A stretch of 24,000 nt of DNA from Candidatus Gastranaerophilaceae bacterium. Lineage in GTDB: Bacteria; Cyanobacteriota; Vampirovibrionia; Gastranaerophilales; Gastranaerophilaceae. The notes beneath the pieces were generated by a model. That model was given only the letters and a program-made list of their open reading frames with translations. It did not search any database and had not been told where the DNA came from. The stretch is taken from NCBI GenBank assembly GCA_031550975.1, contig JAVBOC010000001.1:69104-93103 (forward strand), written 5' to 3'. This document shows positions 13,611-22,022 of the stretch, in pieces (the stretch's first letter is position 1; the number at the start of each line of letters is the position of its first letter). A program made the translations under genes and the position numbers.

Positions 13611-14954
13611 ATGGAAATAAAAATTACAAATAATGCAGATAATTATGACATTTTAGTGCAAGGTGTTTTTGAAGGCGAAGACTTTGGAGAACAAGTTACA
13701 GCAGACTTTGAAGGCAAATCAGGTCAGACTTATTTGGTTAACCCAAAAAAACTTTTGCTCGGACTTGGTAAAAAAGAGGAAGTCGATTCTGACAACTTGC
13801 GTGAGGCAATCGCTAAAGCCGTTAAAAAACTTCAATCTATCAAAGCCAAACGCGCCGCTTTTAATATTGACCGTTTTGTAGATACAAACATCGCACTCGG
13901 CGCGGTGATTGCGAATTATTCTTTCGACAAATATAAAACTGAAAAATCTGACAGATTAGAAGAAATTGCTTTTAACTGGTCTGATGATTTTAATATCGAC
14001 CGTGCAAAAATCCTCGGCGAAGCAATGGAATTTACGCGCAACATCGCAAACGAGCCTGCGCAATATGCGACCCCGACAAAGCTCGCTGAATTGGCGCAAA
14101 GTTTCACAGGGTTAGACACTAAAATCTACGAAAAAGACGAGATTGAAAAAATGGGAATGGGTGCATTTTTGGCAGTCGGCTTAGGAAGCGCTCAGCCGCC
14201 AAAATTTATCCACATGAAATACGCCCCAAAAAATGCGAAGAAAAAAATCGCGCTTGTCGGTAAAGGTATTTGTTTTGATAGCGGCGGACTTGATATCAAA
14301 CCGGCGTCTTCAATGCTTACTATGAAAGATGATATGGCGGGTTCTGCGTGCGTTCTGGGGATTATGAGCGTGTTGCACAAACTGAACCCTGAAGTTGAAA
14401 TCCATGGCATCATCGCGGCTTGTGAAAATATGCCGGGCTGCAATGCTTACAAACCGGGCGATGTTTTGACTGCGAAAAACGGTAAAACAATCGAAATCGA
14501 TAACACAGACGCGGAAGGCCGTTTGACTTTGGCTGACGCGCTTTGCTATGCAAACGAACTTGGCGTGGATGAGATTATCGACATCGCAACTCTAACGGGC
14601 GCGTGCGTTGTGGCACTTGGCACATTAGCATCAGGAATTATGGGCAACGACGAAGATATGATTCGCAACCTGATTGATACCGGGGCAAAGACAGGCGAAC
14701 GCCTTTGGCAGTTGCCGATGTACAAAGAATACAAAGACAGTCTGAAAAGCTGCGTTGCTGATATGAAAAACACCGGCTCACGCTGGGGCGGCGCATCAAC
14801 CGCGGGAATCTTCTTAAAAGAATTCGTAAAAGATGTAAAATGGACTCACATCGACATCGCAGGAACAGCGTTTTTAGAAAAACCGCAGAAAGAATTCGTT
14901 GCGGGTTCAACAGCTTCAGGCGTCAGAACGTTATTGAACTATATATCATCATAA
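13611..14954 (+). CDS. pepA: Leucyl aminopeptidase (M17 family)
   Basis: 447 aa. VGKGICFDSGGLDIKP, MKDDMAGSA and NTDAEGRLTLADAL are the M17 catalytic and metal-binding signatures. Confidence 0.93.
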   Translation: MEIKITNNADNYDILVQGVFEGEDFGEQVTADFEGKSGQTYLVNPKKLLLGLGKKEEVDSDNLREAIAKAVKKLQSIKAKRAAFNIDRFVDTNIALGAVIANYSFDKYKTEKSDRLEEIAFNWSDDFNIDRAKILGEAMEFTRNIANEPAQYATPTKLAELAQSFTGLDTKIYEKDEIEKMGMGAFLAVGLGSAQPPKFIHMKYAPKNAKKKIALVGKGICFDSGGLDIKPASSMLTMKDDMAGSACVLGIMSVLHKLNPEVEIHGIIAACENMPGCNAYKPGDVLTAKNGKTIEIDNTDAEGRLTLADALCYANELGVDEIIDIATLTGACVVALGTLASGIMGNDEDMIRNLIDTGAKTGERLWQLPMYKEYKDSLKSCVADMKNTGSRWGGASTAGIFLKEFVKDVKWTHIDIAGTAFLEKPQKEFVAGSTASGVRTLLNYISS

Positions 14955-14957
14955 ACT

Positions 14958-15087
14958 CGTCATGTTGGGGCAAGCGAGCAGAAGGCGAAAGCGGAGTGTG
15001 CCTGTTTAATGCGGGTACAGCCGAAACATCTCAAACCCGAGGCATATCGCATAAATATTGAGATTCTTCGCAAAGCTCAGAATGACG
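14958..15087. mobile_element. GTCAT-family element, ATGTT/ATTCT-arm subtype, expanded 130-bp form
   Basis: cgtcATGTTgg[57-nt insert]gaAACATctcaa-[23 nt]-ttgagATTCTtcGCaaaGCtcAGAATgacg. It has the same termini and arm bases as 9839-9904, with extra sequence at one arm apex and at the centre. Confidence 0.8.
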
Positions 15088-15091
15088 GAGT

Positions 15092-16468
15092 TTATTTAGA
15101 ATTCTTAACCCAATCTTCAATTCCATCAGCAATCGCTTTAGCGGTTTGCTTTTGGAAGTTCGCGTCGCGCAATAATTCCATATCATACGGGTTAATCATA
15201 TACCCGACTTCAATGAGCAGACTAAGAGCCTCGGTATTTCTAACAAGTGCAAGGCTTCCTTGGCGAACGCCGTCGTTTTTGGTTTTTAATTGAGTTGTCA
15301 TTGATTTCATTAAACTTTCAGCCAGCGGTTTTGCCTGCGGGTAGTAGTAATAAATACTTGTACCGCGATAATCCAGCGGGTTAAGATTATCAGGTACAGC
15401 GTTGTTGTGAATGCTAAGCAGAATTGACGCATTCTCTTTGTTTGATGCAACAACACGCTCTTTTAAGCCCAAATAGCAGTCGGTGCAGCGAGTCATATAA
15501 ACCTCTGCGCCGCGCAGCGCTAATTCTTCATTCAAGTATTTTGAAATTGCAAGATTTATATCTTTTTCTTTGTCCTTAAAACATCCGACAGCGCCGGATT
15601 CATAGCCGCCGTGACCCGGATCAACAGAAATCTTAACTCCTTTTAACGGGCAAACCTTATCGATAGCAAGAGCTTTTCTTATTTTTAATACAAATTTGTT
15701 GCCTTCGTAATTTCCTGAATAGCCGACCAATTTGTGGTCAACAGGGAATTCAAAACCAGCATCAGGGCCGTAGAAATTTAATTTTAGCGGTGTGCCTTCG
15801 GTGATTACATAAGGGATTTTATTGCAAAGATCAAAGGTATAAATTTCGAAATTGTCGTCTTCGGAGTAAGTTGGTTTTTTGATTGTAACTGCTCCTTCTT
15901 TTACGCTTCCTTGAGGACTTGTTATATTTTCCGAAACATTTACCCCGGCGGTGCTAACGTTTCCTCTGTAAATCCAGGCTTTTGTATTGTCGTTTAATGA
16001 AACGCGGAAAAAATCACCCTGTTCGCCGTCGATATTTAATAGAACGCCTTTTTGAAAATGTGAAAGTCTGTTAATTCCTGCGTCAACCGGAGTGGAGCGC
16101 ATTGGTGCAGCATCGGTTGAAACCGCTACTTTTATCGGTTGCGCAAACGGTGAGAATGCTGCTTTTGCGCCGGTGATTGGGGCGCTTGCCGGTCTTGTAA
16201 TAATATACGTTAGCGTCTTGTCGCCGGATTTTATATTGAAAATATTTCGCCCGGGTTTTAGCTCGACTGTGTAAGCAAACGCGCCTTCCAAACTCATAAA
16301 CACCGGTTGGTCGTTTACTGTAACGGTTTCGCCTGGAGTGGAAGAACCTATAAAGAAGGTCGAATCGGAGTTAATTGTGAGCATTGTGCGCGACGGATAA
16401 GCAATCTCTAACGCGAATGCTGCCCCTCCCATTAACATAATCATAAATAATAAAAGAAATTTTTTCAT
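15092..16468 (-). CDS. N-acetylmuramoyl-L-alanine amidase (Amidase_3) with signal peptide and long N-terminal beta-rich region
   Basis: 458 aa. The signal peptide is MKKFLLLFMIMLMGGAAFA. The C-terminal catalytic domain has ISVDPGHGGYESGA, EKDINLAI, GAEVYMTR, LSIHNNA and LIEVGYMINP. Confidence 0.88.
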   Translation of the reverse strand: MKKFLLLFMIMLMGGAAFALEIAYPSRTMLTINSDSTFFIGSSTPGETVTVNDQPVFMSLEGAFAYTVELKPGRNIFNIKSGDKTLTYIITRPASAPITGAKAAFSPFAQPIKVAVSTDAAPMRSTPVDAGINRLSHFQKGVLLNIDGEQGDFFRVSLNDNTKAWIYRGNVSTAGVNVSENITSPQGSVKEGAVTIKKPTYSEDDNFEIYTFDLCNKIPYVITEGTPLKLNFYGPDAGFEFPVDHKLVGYSGNYEGNKFVLKIRKALAIDKVCPLKGVKISVDPGHGGYESGAVGCFKDKEKDINLAISKYLNEELALRGAEVYMTRCTDCYLGLKERVVASNKENASILLSIHNNAVPDNLNPLDYRGTSIYYYYPQAKPLAESLMKSMTTQLKTKNDGVRQGSLALVRNTEALSLLIEVGYMINPYDMELLRDANFQKQTAKAIADGIEDWVKNSK

Positions 16469-16505
16469 GTTAATATGATTATATCAGAGAAAAGAAGGAA
16501 AAACC

Positions 16506-19100
16506 ATGTTAAGCGGAAATGAGATTAGACAGTTATTTTTGGATTATTTTGAGAAAAAGCGCCAACACACTATTGTGGAAAGTTCCAGCCTTGTGCCGGA
16601 TAATCCGACCGTGTTGCTAACAACAGCCGGCATGTTGCAGTTTATGCCGATATATTTAGGTTACGAAAAATCGCCGTATGAGCCGGCAAGAGCAGCTTCG
16701 TGCCAAAAATGCGCTCGCGCAGGCGGAAAAGATTCTGATATTGAAAACGTCGGCAGAACACCTCGCCACCACACTTTCTTTGAAATGTTGGGCAACTTTG
16801 CGTTTGGTGATTATTATAAAAAAGAAGTCATCCCTTGGACTTGGGAATTTGTTACCGAAGTCTTAAAGCTTGATCCTGAGCGTCTTTGGATAACAGTGTT
16901 TGAAAGTGACGACGAAGCTTTTGATATTTGGACAAAAGATGTTGGAATCCCTGCTCACAAAGTTTTGCGCAAGGGTAAAAAAGATAATTTCTGGGGCCCT
17001 CCGGGTGCTTCAGGTTCTTGCGGCCCGTGCTCAGAAATCCACTACGATTTGGGCGCTGAGTTCAAATGCAGCGACGATTGCGGAATTGATACTTGCGAAT
17101 GCGACCGCTGGGTTGAGATTTGGAACTTAGTATTCACTGAACTTTTCCAGGACGAGGAAGGCAATTTCTCCCCGCTTGATAAGAAAAACGTCGACACCGG
17201 TATGGGCTTGGAGCGCGTAACCATGGTTGTTCAAAACAAATTGTCGACCTTTGAGACCGATTTGTTAAAACCGATTTTGGACAAAGTGAGCGAAATGTCG
17301 GGGGTAAAATACAAAGCGTCAGCAAAAACCGATATTTCTTTGCGCATAATTACCGACCACGCACGCTGCGTAACGTTTCTGATTAACGACGGCGTAATCC
17401 CGGGTAACGAAGGCAGAAGTTATGTCCTGCGTATGATTTTGCGTCGCGCATTGCGCCACGGCAAGATTTTGGGGATGGAACTTCCGTTCCTTTATAAAAT
17501 CGTTGACACCGTAATCGATCTATACAAAGGCGCATATATGGATTTGGCAGCCAATAAAGACAAAATTAAAGACGTGATCAGACAAGAAGAAGAACGTTTT
17601 AATCTGACTCTTGAGCGCGGTTACAAAATGCTCGACGAGTTTATTGATTCGAAAAAAGATATTGATGGCGAAAGCGCGTTTAAATTATATGACACTTTCG
17701 GATTCCCGTTTGAACTTACAAAAGAAATCGCAGAAGAACAGGGTCTAAAAGTTGACGAAACAGGCTTCAAAAAGGCTATGCAGGAGCAAAAAGACCGTGC
17801 AAAAGCCGCGACACAAAAGATTAGTTTAACAGATGACTTAAAATACGTTGCGATTGAAGAAAAATCCGGCGCAACAAAATTTATTGGATACTGCGATGCG
17901 ACTTGCGCAGACGCGAAAATCGTTGCTGTGGTTGAAGGCGATGGCTACACTGACATCGTTTTGGACAAAACTCCGTTCTACGCTGAATGCGGCGGACAAT
18001 CAGGCGATACAGGTTTAATTGAGGGCAAAAACGTTAAAGCCGAAGTCTTGACGACTTTTAAAGTCAATGATTTGTTCGTTCATCGCGCGCAAATTATTAA
18101 CGGCGCACCGACGGCTGGCGACGAGGTTAAAGCTTGTATTGACGAATCCCGCAGGTCTGAAATAGTTGTTCACCACTCGGCGGCTCACTTGCTGCAAGCG
18201 GCGCTCATTAAGGTTCTTGGCGACGAAGTAAAACAGGCAGGTTCGTCTGTTGAAGACAACCGTGCGCGTTTTGATTTCTCGTTCTCGCGTGCGATGACGC
18301 CACAAGAAATTAACGATGTTGAAGATATTTTAAACGGCTGGATTGCTTGCGGACTGGATATTTCTACAGTTGAGATGGCGATTGAAGAAGCAAAACGCAC
18401 GGGCGCGATTTCGTTGTTTGGCGAAAAATACGGCGATGTGGTACGCGTTGTAACTATGGGCGAAATCTCTTGCGAGCTTTGTGCCGGAACTCATGCGGCA
18501 AACACCCGCGATTTGCGTTTGGCTAAAATCGTTTCAGAAGGCGCGATTGCAGCCGGAATCCGTAGGATTGAAATCGTAGTTTCTAAAGCTGCGTTTGAAT
18601 TTATGGACGCGCGTGTTCGCGAATTAGACAAATTGTCTTCGCTCTTTAAAGCACAGTACGATGAGGTTATCGGGCGTGTTGAAAAGATTCAGGAAGAAAA
18701 CAAAGAGCTTCAAAAAGAACTCTCACAATTAAAAAGCGGCGCTGCGCGTGAGAAATTTGCAACCTTTATTTCCAAGGCTCAAGATATTGCGGGCGGAAAA
18801 CTGTTTATCACGAAGGTTGAAGACTTTGACGCTGAAGCGATGCGCACAGGTGCAGAACTCATGGGACAAAAGCTTGGCGAGAGCATCGTAGTTTTGGCTT
18901 CCGGTCAATCTGTTTTAGCAAGAGTTTCAGAAGGGTTTGTTAAAAAAGGCATTAACGCGGGACAAATCGTTGGTGAAATCGCCCGCGCAACGGGTGCAAA
19001 CGGTGGCGGTCGCCCAAACTTCGCCCAAGGCGGCGTCAAAGACTCATCAAAACTCGATGACGTACTCGCAAAGATACAAAAAGATATTAAGAGTTTGTAG
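16506..19100 (+). CDS. alaS: Alanine--tRNA ligase
   Basis: 864 aa. FFEKKRQHTIVESSSLVP, RHHTFFEMLGNFAFGDYYK, WVEIWNLVF and the editing-domain HHSAAHLL...CAGTH are present. The C-terminal DHHA1-like segment has GGGRPNFAQGG. Confidence 0.97.
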   Translation: MLSGNEIRQLFLDYFEKKRQHTIVESSSLVPDNPTVLLTTAGMLQFMPIYLGYEKSPYEPARAASCQKCARAGGKDSDIENVGRTPRHHTFFEMLGNFAFGDYYKKEVIPWTWEFVTEVLKLDPERLWITVFESDDEAFDIWTKDVGIPAHKVLRKGKKDNFWGPPGASGSCGPCSEIHYDLGAEFKCSDDCGIDTCECDRWVEIWNLVFTELFQDEEGNFSPLDKKNVDTGMGLERVTMVVQNKLSTFETDLLKPILDKVSEMSGVKYKASAKTDISLRIITDHARCVTFLINDGVIPGNEGRSYVLRMILRRALRHGKILGMELPFLYKIVDTVIDLYKGAYMDLAANKDKIKDVIRQEEERFNLTLERGYKMLDEFIDSKKDIDGESAFKLYDTFGFPFELTKEIAEEQGLKVDETGFKKAMQEQKDRAKAATQKISLTDDLKYVAIEEKSGATKFIGYCDATCADAKIVAVVEGDGYTDIVLDKTPFYAECGGQSGDTGLIEGKNVKAEVLTTFKVNDLFVHRAQIINGAPTAGDEVKACIDESRRSEIVVHHSAAHLLQAALIKVLGDEVKQAGSSVEDNRARFDFSFSRAMTPQEINDVEDILNGWIACGLDISTVEMAIEEAKRTGAISLFGEKYGDVVRVVTMGEISCELCAGTHAANTRDLRLAKIVSEGAIAAGIRRIEIVVSKAAFEFMDARVRELDKLSSLFKAQYDEVIGRVEKIQEENKELQKELSQLKSGAAREKFATFISKAQDIAGGKLFITKVEDFDAEAMRTGAELMGQKLGESIVVLASGQSVLARVSEGFVKKGINAGQIVGEIARATGANGGGRPNFAQGGVKDSSKLDDVLAKIQKDIKSL

Positions 19101-19109
19101 TTGTAAATT

Positions 19110-19235
19110 CGTCATGTTGAGTACTCTGCCGAACAAAACGATTAAGTATCGTTTTGCGAGAGGGAAGAAACATTTCAAAGTCTTTATACACTGCGCATGT
19201 TTTGAGATTCTTCGGGCTTTGCCCTCAGAATGACG
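19110..19235. mobile_element. GTCAT-family element, ATGTT/ATTCT-arm subtype, expanded 126-bp form carrying the CAAAAC module
   Basis: cgtcATGTTga[gtactctgccgaaCAAAACGATtaagtATCGTTTTGcgagagggaaga]AACATttcaa-[23 nt]-ttgagATTCTtcGGGCtttGCCCtcAGAATgacg. It lies between the alaS stop and the dut SD. Confidence 0.8.
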
Positions 19236-19253
19236 GCAAAAGGAGGATAGAAA

Positions 19254-19691
19254 ATGATATTAAAAATAGAAAAACTGGCGCATAATAAAGAGTTGCCGCA
19301 GTATCAGACAGAGGGTGCGGCGGGGATGGATTTGTGTGCGGCGATTGAACAGGCTGTTGAATTGAAACCGCTTGAGCGCACTCTAATTCCGACGGGGATT
19401 AAGATTGAACTTGAACACGGTTACGAGGCACAAATTCGTCCGCGCTCGGGACTATCTATTAAACACGGGATTACGCTCATTAACTGCGTCGGAACGATTG
19501 ACGAGGATTACCGCGGAGAGGTTTGCATTCCTGTTGTTAATCTATCAAACGAAACTTACGCAATCCAGCCAGGTGAGCGCGTTGCGCAGATGGTTATCGC
19601 AAAAGTTGAGCGCGCACAAATTCAGGTTCACACAGAACTAACCGAAACCGTCCGCGGTGCCGGTGGATTTGGCTCAACGGGTAAGGCTTAA
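19254..19691 (+). CDS. dut: dUTP diphosphatase
   Basis: 145 aa. AAGMDL, IRPRSGL, GTIDEDYRGE and the C-terminal RGAGGFGSTG are the five dUTPase motifs. AAGGAGGA lies upstream. Confidence 0.95.
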   Translation: MILKIEKLAHNKELPQYQTEGAAGMDLCAAIEQAVELKPLERTLIPTGIKIELEHGYEAQIRPRSGLSIKHGITLINCVGTIDEDYRGEVCIPVVNLSNETYAIQPGERVAQMVIAKVERAQIQVHTELTETVRGAGGFGSTGKA

Positions 19692-19703
19692 GTCCCTCAC
19701 TAG

Positions 19704-19794
19704 TGTCATGCTGAACTTGATTCAGCATCTAACCATTATTAAGGCTTACATAAGTCGTGTTAGTGCCAGATTCCGGATCAAGTCCGGAATGACA
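19704..19794. mobile_element. GTCAT-family element, simple-hairpin-arm subtype (91 bp)
   Basis: The left arm is tgtcATGCTGAActtgaTTCAGCATc. The reverse complement of the right arm is tgtcATTCCGGActtgaTCCGGAATctgg. Each arm is a perfect 8-bp hairpin, but the two arms carry different stem sequences. Confidence 0.85.
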
Positions 19795-19825
19795 AAAGAG
19801 GGTGTGTTCATGCTACAATAAACTA

Positions 19826-21331
19826 ATGAGTATAGATAGTGCAATAGACGGGTTTTTGGCGCCGATAGCCGACAAGATTTCAGGAGTTATTTTTGCCTCT
19901 GTGACAATTAATGGGGTCGAAATCCAGCTTTTGGTTGCGCTTTTGGTAATCGCTGCATTCTATTTTACTATCAGAACCAGATTTATTGGCGTTTGGGGTT
20001 TTAAACACGCGCTAAAACTCATTGCGGGGAATTTTAAACATAAAGAAACCTTAAAAAAGAAGAAAAAAGGGGAAGTTTCTTCTTTTCAAGCGTTATCTGC
20101 GACCATTTCAGCCTCGGCCGGAATCGGCAATGTCGCGGGTTCAGCGGCAGCCGTTTCAATCGGCGGTCCGGGGGTAATTTTTTGGATGGTTATGGCGGGA
20201 TTTTTCTCTATGGCGCTAAAATTCGCTGAAGTCTTGCTCGGGCTAAAATTCAGACAGGTTAACGCTGATGGAACAGTCTCGGGCGGTCCGATGTATTACA
20301 TCACAAACGGTTTAAAGCATACAAAATTAGCGCCGATTGCGCCGCATTTGGGAAAAATTTACGCGGTGTGCGCGGTGTTTGCGATGATTGGCGGGTGGAA
20401 CTTGTTCCAGATTAACGCGATGACAGCGCAGATTACCAACATCACGGGAGGAGCAGAAAGTTTCTTTGCCGATCGCGGATGGATTTTGGGGGCAATCGTT
20501 GCGGTTTTGACTTTTGTAACCGTAATTGGCGGGATTAAGAATATTGGTAAATTTACAGAAAAAGTTACCCCGACAATGTGCAGTTTGTACGTGCTTTCAG
20601 CGTTTACGATTTGCCTTGTTCATATTGGTGATATACCAGCAACCGCGATGCTTATTATAAAAGAGGCGTTCAAGCCGCAGGCGATTCAAGGCGGAATGTT
20701 TGCGTGTATGTTATGGGGATTCCGTCGTGCGATGTTTGCTAACGAATCGGGCTTAGGAACTGCGCCGATTGCATTTTCGGCGGTTAAAACCAGCAAGCCT
20801 GTTGCACAAGCCTTTATCGCGATGTTGCAGCCGTTTGTCGATACCGTAATTGTCGGCAGCGCAACAGCCTTTGTTATTGTTGTATCCGGGGTTTACAAGA
20901 GCGCGCACGGGTTAGCCGGGATTGAATTAACCTCTCAGGCGTTTGCGAGCGTCTGTTCGTTCTTCCCGATTCTCTTAACAATTATGGCGAGCTTTTTTGT
21001 ATTATCTACGATGTTTGTGGGCGCATATTACGGAAAAAATGCCTGGAATTTCCTCTTTGGTGAAACAAAATTGACAACGCGAACTTTTCAGGTAATATAT
21101 TGTTTGTGCATAGTTATTGGTTCAGCGATGAACTTTAAGAGCATAATTAATCTATCTGATGGATTTACTTTGTTCCTGGCTGTGCCAAACTTAATAGCGG
21201 TATTCATGTTATCAAATGTGATTATGAAGGAACTAAAAAAGTATTGTAGAAGATATAATGTGGGGCTGTTTGCCCGAGGAGAAAAGAAGAATGAAAGAGC
21301 AAATGTTGAGCGTTGTACAATCGAAGTGTGA
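19826..21331 (+). CDS. Alanine/glycine:cation symporter (AGCS family)
   Basis: About 500 aa and polytopic. FQALSATISASAGIGNVAGSAAAVSIGGPGVIFWMVMAGFF, GGPMYYI and ANESGLGTAPIAFSA are typical of the sodium:alanine symporter family. The start is ambiguous. The track uses GTG at 19802, where AAGAGG abuts the codon with no spacer. I list the first ATG at 19826. Confidence 0.85.
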   Translation: MSIDSAIDGFLAPIADKISGVIFASVTINGVEIQLLVALLVIAAFYFTIRTRFIGVWGFKHALKLIAGNFKHKETLKKKKKGEVSSFQALSATISASAGIGNVAGSAAAVSIGGPGVIFWMVMAGFFSMALKFAEVLLGLKFRQVNADGTVSGGPMYYITNGLKHTKLAPIAPHLGKIYAVCAVFAMIGGWNLFQINAMTAQITNITGGAESFFADRGWILGAIVAVLTFVTVIGGIKNIGKFTEKVTPTMCSLYVLSAFTICLVHIGDIPATAMLIIKEAFKPQAIQGGMFACMLWGFRRAMFANESGLGTAPIAFSAVKTSKPVAQAFIAMLQPFVDTVIVGSATAFVIVVSGVYKSAHGLAGIELTSQAFASVCSFFPILLTIMASFFVLSTMFVGAYYGKNAWNFLFGETKLTTRTFQVIYCLCIVIGSAMNFKSIINLSDGFTLFLAVPNLIAVFMLSNVIMKELKKYCRRYNVGLFARGEKKNERANVERCTIEV

Positions 21332-21947
21332 AAGCTGCAAGGCGTGTGGTTTGGCTGCGACTAGAAAAAACACGGTTTTTTCTGACGGTAACGCTAAAAC
21401 TGCTAAAATCGTTTTAATTGGTGAAGCTCCTGGTGAAACCGAAGACGAATTGGGCAGACCGTTTGTTGGTCGTGCAGGACAGCTTTTGAATGAATTCTTG
21501 GCTGGTGCCGGAATTTCACGCGACGAAGATTTATATATCATCAACACTGTAAAATGCCGTCCGCCGCAAAACCGTGTTCCGTCTGATGTTGAAAAAGCGG
21601 CTTGTGCAAAATTCCTAGAAGCGCAAATCACTATTTTGAACCCGCGTGCGGTATTGCTTTGCGGAGCGACAGCGATGAAATCTTTTATTGAAGTAGACAA
21701 AAAGACAACTATTTCAAAAGTTCGCGGACAGTGGCAAGATATTACTGTTGACGGAAAAACTTATCCGGCAATGGCGATTTTCCACCCGTCATACCTGCTC
21801 AGAAACCACTCTATGAAGGATGGTTCTCCGCGCAGACTTATGCAGCAAGACTTGAACGAAGTTAAGAACTCAAAGTTAAACGATGTTCAGCGTGATATTC
21901 ATACAATTAATGTTGCTAATAACAGCCAAGAACTAGCATTGGTTTAA
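21291..21947 (+). CDS. Uracil-DNA glycosylase, family 4 (Fe-S type)
   Basis: CESCKACGL...TRKNTVFSDGN, VLIGEAPGETED, PFVGRAGQLL, NTVKCRPPQNR and IFHPSYLLR are present. The start is moved to the ATG at 21291 because GAGGAG lies 10 nt upstream. It overlaps the symporter 3' end by 41 nt. Confidence 0.88.
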   Translation: MKEQMLSVVQSKCESCKACGLAATRKNTVFSDGNAKTAKIVLIGEAPGETEDELGRPFVGRAGQLLNEFLAGAGISRDEDLYIINTVKCRPPQNRVPSDVEKAACAKFLEAQITILNPRAVLLCGATAMKSFIEVDKKTTISKVRGQWQDITVDGKTYPAMAIFHPSYLLRNHSMKDGSPRRLMQQDLNEVKNSKLNDVQRDIHTINVANNSQELALV

Positions 21948-21973
21948 ACGTATAAAACTAAAACAAAATTATA

Positions 21974-22009
21974 AAAGAGCGGACTTCAAATAAAGTCCGC
22001 TCTTTTAGT
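21974..22009. terminator. Bidirectional rho-independent terminator (udg / pilin convergent pair)
   Basis: A perfect 13-bp stem, aaagagcggactt (21974-21986) with aagtccgctcttt (21993-22005), around the 6-nt loop caaata. T-runs follow on both strands. Confidence 0.8.
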
Positions 22010-22022
22010 TTCTATCTGTTAA

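Noticed and set aside
2780-19794. Recurrent hairpin repeats considered as a degenerate CRISPR array
   Set aside because: The copies are dispersed over 17 kb in separate intergenic spacers, occur in both orientations and have variable lengths. They are not regularly interspaced and have no adjacent cas genes.
19692-19825. Glycine riboswitch expected upstream of an alanine/glycine:cation symporter
   Set aside because: The spacer is almost entirely the 91-bp GTCAT element. No GGAGAG...CACCG / CUCUGGAGAG-type glycine aptamer core is visible.
21258-21290. Upstream start (MWGCLPEEKRR...) for the uracil-DNA glycosylase as listed in the ORF track
   Set aside because: The ATG at 21291 has a GAGGAG SD at the proper spacing, and family-4 UDG homology begins right after it. 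The extra 11 codons lie within the symporter C-terminus.
21233-21700. 155-aa minus-strand ORF antisense to the uracil-DNA glycosylase and symporter junction
   Set aside because: It is nested entirely in well-supported plus-strand genes. It has no recognisable motifs and no ribosome-binding site. This is a typical shadow ORF.
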